Source of the DNA: Octopus vulgaris
Taxonomy: Eukaryota
Length of the DNA: 64,000 nt
Assembly: GCA_951406725.2 (NCBI GenBank)
Contig: OX597822.1
Span: 57,350,001 to 57,414,000 of the forward strand
Reading direction: 5' to 3'
This document shows, piece after piece, positions 56,901 through 64,000 of this stretch. The position numbers and the translations under genes were made by a program. Under the pieces are notes generated by a model. It saw only the letters and a program-made list of their open reading frames with translations. It did no database searches and was not told the origin of the DNA. Each line of letters starts with the position of its first letter. Positions within the stretch are counted from its first letter, which is position 1.

Positions 56901-57120
56901 TCAACTATAGAGAGATTAGTAGCTACTGTAATTTTAAGTCCTAATTGGTTAAAGGTAGAAATATGTTGCTTTCTAAATCTATCAAGGGTGTTACCATCAC
57001 ATCCATATCAAATAACCAAACCGTCGTCACGGTATAGGCCAACGCCAAGAGATGGGTATCTATATCTCAATGTATGTAATATTAATAAACCCAAACTTTA
57101 CAGACGTTAGCATTATCATA
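53970..57120 (-). pseudogene. Decayed PLE ORF interrupted by a hAT element
   Basis: GLYRDDGL at ~57020-57040. IVDSLD|VSLVLNSSSYKPFHKP reads across the hAT junction. Also IIWFAPPFSLNIKTNIGK.FL.LLDKHFP and CRLCLAE..LLNSRSEIFSGCMH. Confidence 0.85.
54955..56890 (+). mobile_element. hAT (Buster/Charlie/SPIN-like) DNA transposon, internally deleted
   Basis: TIRs CAGGGGTCGGCAACCT / AAGTTGCTGACTTCTG; 8-bp TSD ATCTAAAT/ATCTAAAC; ORFs FQETWTLDYFF..NIRRHYETHH and SLFGSTYQCEQLFS. Confidence 0.9.
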
Positions 57121-57498
57121 ATGAGAACATATCAACGTACAGTAAGAGAATGGTAGCAGAGGTGGCTGTTAATTGGCAAAAGTAAAGAATATCCCATATT
57201 CGAGGATATCCCAGAAATAGCTGTAAGATTTTGAATTTCTTCCTGTAATAATATTATATATGACTTGAGATGTTTGCTTTGCCCTAATATTTCATGTCCT
57301 GTTTACTAATTATATAATATATATACATATATATACATATATATATATAATATACATATATATATAAGATATATAATATATAATATATATGATAAATATA
57401 ATATATATATATAATATATATGCATATAATATATATATACATATAATATATATATACATATAATATATATATATACATATAATATACATATACATATA

Positions 57499-57568
<70 letters not shown>

Positions 57569-57682
57569 AGATAAAACTTACTTGGGAAAGGATGCATGAC
57601 GTTCGATCATATGATAATATAAATAATATATAAATATATGCGCATATATACATACATATATGTACATACCTACATATATATG

Positions 57683-57900
57683 TATATATACATGCATATA
57701 TGGGTACAGGACATAGAAAAAACGTTGAACACAATGAGAAACGAAAACATAAAAACAAAAACATGGAAACGAACTTTTTTCAAACAACGAAAAAAAACAG
57801 AGAAAAAACATTTCGTTCCTATGTTTTTGTTTTTATGTTTTCGTTTCTCATTGTGTTCAACGATTTTTTATGTCCTGTACTCATATATGCATGTATATAT
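57683..57900. repeat. ~90-bp-arm fold-back between TA tracts
   Basis: catatatgggtacaggaca...aaaaacat is the reverse complement of atgtttttg...tgtcctgtactcatatatg. A similar terminus occurs at ~12735. Confidence 0.8.
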
Positions 57901-57911
57901 ATATGCATATA

Positions 57912-57981
<70 letters not shown>

Positions 57982-57987
<6 letters not shown>

Positions 57988-58586
57988 TTAGAGATAAAAC
58001 CACTATTAGGCAAATCAAACAATGAAAAACATAAGCCAATACATAAAATTAATTAATTTATATTATTTTAAACATATATCAAAAATGTTAAAAGTTTAAT
58101 AAAGGATAATGAGTAAAACACTACGATCGTTTCATGGCTGTCCAATTCGTAATAATTCGAGTTATGGTTACAGTCAATCTTCAGGTAATTGAAATATTTA
58201 TCTTAGCGAGGTTTAGCAATGAACTTATTGGAGATCTTAGGTAAAATTATACTAATATACTTAGCTAAACCTCGCTAAGATAAATATTTCAATTACCTGA
58301 AGATTGACTGTAACCATAACTCGAATTATTACGAATTGGACAGCCATGAAACGATCGTAGTGTTTTACTCATTATCCTTTATTAAACTTTTAACATTTTT
58401 GATATATGTTTAAAATAATATAAATTAATTAATTTTATGTATTGGCTTATGTTTTTCCATTGTTTGATTTGCCTAATAGTGGTTTTATCTCTAATTTAAT
58501 ATAATATAATATTTTACTATAAAATTGGATTTAATCCTAAATCTGATTTTTCCCTGTAAGTTTGGATTTATTCCCTAATATTTTAT

Positions 58587-58672
<86 letters not shown>

Positions 58673-58851
58673 GCAACAAGGGTATCCAGAGGTAATGCAG
58701 TACGATCGTTTTATGTAACTCCATTTAATTGAACAATGCAATCATTCCATTATATCAATTTAAATCTTCAGCTGCACAAAGACATAGAATTGAATTAAAT
58801 TAGAACAGTAGGACATATTAGTATAATTTTACCTAAGATCTCCAATAAGTT
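57982..58851. mobile_element. Fold-back/permuted non-coding element with HHR-like motifs
   Basis: 57982-58217 is the reverse complement of 58264-58500. Spacer 58222-58258 is the reverse complement of 58815-58851. Confidence 0.8.
58291..58365 (+). ncRNA. HHR-like motif (inverted copy at 58116-58190)
   Basis: AATTAC-CTGAAGA-TTGACTG...CAGCCAT-GAA-ACGATCGT-A-GTGTTT. Palindromic stem III; stems I and II imperfect. Confidence 0.65.
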
Positions 58852-59287
58852 AAGGAGATAGACAAAGAACATGTTGTACCTACAACATCATAGTTGCAAC
58901 TGAAATTTTTTCCAAGAAGACACTGACTGTCACTGATTTTTTGTTATTTTGTTTTTTATGGTCTCAGTTTTAATTTATAGACTAGTTTATTAAATCCTTC
59001 GTATATTTAAGGCTGAGAGAAAACTTAGAGTATTATCTGTTTGGAGTAGAATTGATGGAGTAGACAGACATTCTAGATGGTATAGTCATAAAAATCCAGA
59101 TTTATTAGAAGCAATGTCATGAGGTTTAGTAAGGGAAAATTTAAAACAAGATGTTAACTGATAATTAAGAGTTCACCCACTAGCAGACCATTGATAATGA
59201 AACAGGGGAAGTCTTATTATGTAGTAGTACAGATAAACACTATAAAAACAATGCTGCTATATTGTATACAGATAAAGTTTAGGGTTA

Positions 59288-60125
59288 TTCAAAAGATTAT
59301 TAAGAAGAATAGTGTAATAAAAAGGGTAGAAATTTATGAATACTTTTTAGTATATATCAGACTTTTACTACAATAGAGAGAGGAAAAGAAAATATAGAAA
59401 TAGTTTAATATTTTTACATATTGTATATTTAAATACTAACTTATCAGATGGTATCTGTGAATATTGATTAAATGATATTCACTGGTATTAATAAATGAGT
59501 ATTGAGGTAAAAGAACATGTTAATTATATTTTTTTTTTAAATTATCTGAGCAGTTTTTTTTATAAGTAGTTAATATATCAGCATAGCTGAGTATGAAATT
59601 TAAGCTGAAAGCTGAGTATGGAATTTCTAGAGATACAAGACTTAGAATAATTTTATAAATAAATAAATAAAAGCTAATAATTAAGATTATTAAGAATGAG
59701 AATTTTAACAAAAAGGTTAGCTAGATTAAATAGGAAGAATATAAGATTAGCCAGAATTGTTGAAAATAATGGTCTTGTATCTCTAGAAATTTCATACTCA
59801 GCTTTCAGCTTAAATTTCATACTCAGCTATGCTGATATATTCACTACTTATAAAAAAAAAACTGCTTAGATAATTTTTTTTTTAATATATAATTAACATG
59901 TTTTTTTTACCTCAATACTCCTTTATTAATACCAGTAAATATCATTCAATCAATATTCACAGATACCATCTAAGTTAGTATTTAAATATACAATATGTAA
60001 AAATATTAAACTATTTCTATATTTTCTTTTCCTCCCTCTATTGTGGTAAAAGTCTGATATATACTAAAAAGTATTCATAAATTTCTATCCTTTTTGTTAC
60101 ACTATTCTTCTTAATAATCTTTTGA
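59288..60125. repeat. Large inverted repeat (~355-bp arms, ~130-bp spacer)
   Basis: 59288-59641 is approximately the reverse complement of 59772-60125. Confidence 0.9.
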
Positions 60126-61594
60126 AAAAAGAATTTGTACGTAGTCTGTTTCTGAGAACTATTCTATTGGAGCTCTGTCTAATCACGTCTTTTAAGGTAC
60201 ACACACATACATAGAAAATGTGAGGTCATGGTAGAAAATTTTTACAATAGTTGATTTATGGAAAAGATTATGTGAAATTTTTGAAATGCAAATCTGTGAA
60301 TAAAAATGAAGTTCAAACGTCTACATGGTAGGTAGACCTGGTAGAAATAGCAGCCAAATCTCCCTCAAAACACCTTACTGTATTAATCCGACAATTCTGC
60401 GTATTATGTAGTTTTAATGAGAAACTGTAACTAAAGATGACGATAATTAAACCCACAAAGAGGTGAAAGAAGAGAGACAGAATAAAGTTTTGGCTGACTG
60501 TCATCCTGTAGTCCCCTTGTTGCTAGCAGAATGGTATATGGGGGCGGTGTGAGCAACTGGTTGTTTTAATGGGGAAAGAAAGAGGGGAAGAAGTTTTAAT
60601 CGATTTTCTCGGTAAGTATGAGTGCTAGGGAAAAAATAGAAGAGACATTAAGAAGTTGACGTTAAGAATTCCTTTAACAGTTCGAAAATGTTTGACATTT
60701 CAATCATCACCAAAAAATAAAGCTGTAAGAATTAACGGAGAAATTGTATGTAAGAAGTAAAGCAGAAATGATTTTTAACTGTACTGCCAAAGTTCTGTAA
60801 CTTAATAGCAGGCGTATCCAATTTAAGAAAAGTGAAGATAAAAGGCACAGTGGAGAAGTATGGAAGAAGTCATTGTTATACGCTTATAGAAAAAATAGAC
60901 ACATACCTTTTTAGAGAACGAAATGTAGGTGAGAGCTATTGTATTGGACTGTGTAATCAGAGAGCAGAAATTGAAAGATATATGAAATGGACGTGTGCGT
61001 GTGTGCGTGTTGTTTTTTTTCCGGCTAATTTGGCGGGAATTTTGCAGTCAGCACGAGGTGGTTTGTGTTTATCTCTGGAGGGGTGGAAAGGGGATCTTTT
61101 GAAGTCGTCGTGAAAGCGAAAGAGACAGATAGTATGAGTAAAGTTCCTTTGAAGTTGGCGTGAAGCGGAAGAATTGATGTGCGTGCGTGTGTGTATGAGA
61201 GAGAGAGAGTGTGTGTGTGAGAGAGAGGGAGAGAGCGTGTGTGTGTGAGAGAGAGAGAGCATGTGTGTGTGCGTGTGTGTTTGATGGGGTGTGCGATATA
61301 GGCGAGAGAGTTAACTGAAATTTTGTTATTCACTTGTTGTAGTGAGAGAATATGTGAGTGAGGGACAGAGAAAAGGAGAGAGAGGACATGTATGTTGGCG
61401 GAGGAATTCCATTAGAAAAGTTTTAATCGATGTTCTCGGTAACTATAGGGGGCTAGGAAAAAAATACAAACTGCATTCCAATCTATGCACCCGTCTCCAC
61501 ATGTGTGCCTTTTTTCACGCGAATCCACCCAGCCATTTGGCTGTGAACCTCAAGACAACAAAGAATATAACACTTGCCCATGTCCAATTTATAT

Positions 61595-61695
<101 letters not shown>

Positions 61696-61891
61696 AGAGA
61701 GAGAGAGAGAGAGAGAGAGAAAAGAGAGGGGGAGAGAGAGAGACGGTAACTTTTTTTGCCACCATAACATGACTTTTCTATAAAGAATTGTTATTAATTT
61801 TAACCCCAGGAAAACGTCTTTTCCGTGACACAACCTCTGTCTGATGTATTGTGAGTAAGGGAGCGAATCATTCCCCTCCAGCTTGGCAAGA

Positions 61892-61936
61892 CCAGTAAAC
61901 CACGGTTTCTGCGTCTTTACCCTTCATCGGTACTGG
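61892..61936 (-). ncRNA. HHR with CCGAUGA core (decayed inverted copy at 62037-62081)
   Basis: Minus strand CCAGTA-CCGATGA-A-GGGT(AAAG)ACGC-A-GAA-ACCGTGGT-T-TACTGG. The other arm has stem II GAGT/ACTC. Confidence 0.7.
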
Positions 61937-62156
61937 ACACTTGCCTGCTAGAGATGGCAGTCAATCGTCCCTACTCACAATATATAAAAAGAGAAGCGGC
62001 TGATGTCGTGGCGAGCCATCTCTAGTAGACAAGTGTCCAGAACCAATGAAGAGTAAAGACTCAGAAACCATGATCTAATGCTCTTACTAAGCTGGAAGTG
62101 AGGGAAAGACTTCCGTGCCCCACTCATTTTCCCCAAAATTTGCTTATTGTTTTATT

Positions 62157-62187
<31 letters not shown>

Positions 62188-62632
62188 TTGTCAAAAATCC
62201 CCGTTTTCAGATACGGAGGTTCCGGAAAATTGCCAAAAATCGGCATTGTGAAATTCTTTCCCCACCTTTCCCCTCCAAATTCTTCAATTTTTCCCCAACA
62301 CTAAACCTAAAACCGTAACTGTAAGTACAGAAATGTTTTGACATTTTTCTCCGTATTTTTCCGTATGTCCGTATTTTTCCGCATATTTAGAAAAAAATTC
62401 TTTAAAAAAAAATTTTACAAAACTATTTGGAAATTTTTTTCAGGATTATAATCTTCGTATTTTTGCGCATGTTTTGAATTTTAAAAAAAAATCTGAAAAA
62501 GGTGGAAAATGAAGAAAAGGTAGATGGGGAGGGATGAGTAATTTAGAAATGTCAATTTTTGCCATTTTTTTTTTTTTTTTTGCAGATTCGTATTCCCCGT
62601 AGTCGAAGAGGGGGTTTGTGTCGAAAAGAAAA

Positions 62633-63538
62633 GGATCTTTTCCTTTTGATGGACGGAATTTTCTAGTTAACTAAATAATTTGAAACTTCGTATACTGGTA
62701 GAATGTGTCAAAAGAAAACATTATTGTAAACAAAATTGTAATTTGTAAGTTTAACGTAGTTTAATTCTTCGAATTTTAACCAATGAAATGCCAGCATTTG
62801 AGCTCAATTCATTTGCTGCGTTATCGATATTGATAAACAAACATAGCAGACGCCCGCCGCATACACACACACATATATATTCAGATACATACACACGTAC
62901 ACTTGCACACACTCTGTCACTCTCTCTCTCAAACACATGTATATACATTTGCACAAGCACATAGTAATTAATATATAAGCGTACACACACATACAAACGG
63001 AGATATACATACATACACAAACGCACACAAGCATACATACACGTTCGTGAGTTCGCACTGGTGTCGATAGAATCGACTTAATACTTTTTTTTGCCCCTTG
63101 CCGCAACAAATTTACACAAAACGTAAATAAACCAGAAATGGGGGGTCAATGTTTCATCGTTTCGGGGTCGATAAATTAAGTACCAATTACGCACTGGTGT
63201 CGAGGATTTTTTCCCAATTTATATCACAGCCACAGACAAGCTGGGGCATCTTTTTATGAAAGAATATTTCGCAAATTTTTACAATACGACCCGCACTCCA
63301 CGCGCACCCTCTAGACCGATTTAGGCATATTATTGTTTTGTTTTTGTTGTTTCTGGCCCTTCAAAACCATGGGAGAAGCCTTTTCGGTAAAAAAAAATAA
63401 AGAAAATATTCAAAAAATATCTTTAATATTTTTATTGGGCGACGAAATTCATCGATTTAAGAGAGCTGTTGTCTCTAGCACATGCCTCCTCCTTCCGCCT
63501 TTGTTTATCAAACAGACAGAAGAGAGAAGGATGAATAA

Positions 63539-63586
<48 letters not shown>

Positions 63587-63821
63587 TTACGTTGCAACAG
63601 GATATTGTCTGAGTTTTTAGACGCAGCAAATGATTTCAGCTCAAATGCTGGTATTTCATTGGTTAAAATTTGAAGAATTAAACTACGTTAAACTTACAAA
63701 TTACAATTTTGTTTTCAATTTTGTTTACAATAATGTTTTCTGTTGATACATTCTACCAGTATACGAAGTTTCAAATTGTTTAGTTAACTAGAAAATTCCG
63801 TCGATCAAAAGGAAAAGATCC
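62633..63821. mobile_element. Second GGATCTTTTCC-family MITE, with internal insertions
   Basis: TIRs homologous to 39818-40442; flanks aaagaaaa/aaagagga match 6/8. Confidence 0.8.
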
Positions 63822-64000
63822 AAAGAGGATAATGTTAAAAAAAGGGTGGGCTTTTTTTTTGGGGGGGGGGGCAGAAGTTTTGCTGAAGTGAGTGATTCGA
63901 TCCTTTACTCACTAGGTATCGGACACAGATTGTGTGTCGTTAACCAGCTAGAAAATACGTTTTCCTGGGTTTTAAATGTAGTAAACATACTTCTTTATAG

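Noticed and set aside
61800-63975. piggyBac element (TTAA-CCC...GGG)
   Set aside because: Inverted similarity extends beyond the TTAA, so these are not element termini.

Overview
AT-rich, microsatellite-saturated eukaryotic DNA. The SINE families and (TA)n/(AAT)n/(GATA)n tracts resemble an octopus/cephalopod genome (inferred from memory, not searched). No host protein-coding exon is supportable; the window is a nested mobile-element landscape. It starts with a young Penelope-like retroelement (PLE; RT + GIY-YIG, Neptune-like) flanked by ~1.24 kb direct repeats. It also holds three decayed PLEs, a near-intact Dong/R4-type RLE LINE inserted in (AAT)n, and Tx1/CR1 LINE, hAT, mariner, Helitron, LTR and MITE relics. 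The main hidden signal is non-coding. By manual pairing I find about 19 hammerhead-ribozyme (HHR)-like motifs from about 8-9 sequence families, roughly 12 well formed and the rest decayed. Many lie in small non-coding, outward-facing fold-back elements, several embedded in (TA)n tracts. Highlights are a tRNA-headed, HHR-tailed SINE-like element with a 10-bp TSD, a 468-bp tandem 'retrozyme'-like unit with a canonical HHR, and a recurrent CUGUYGA core variant in the young PLE family.
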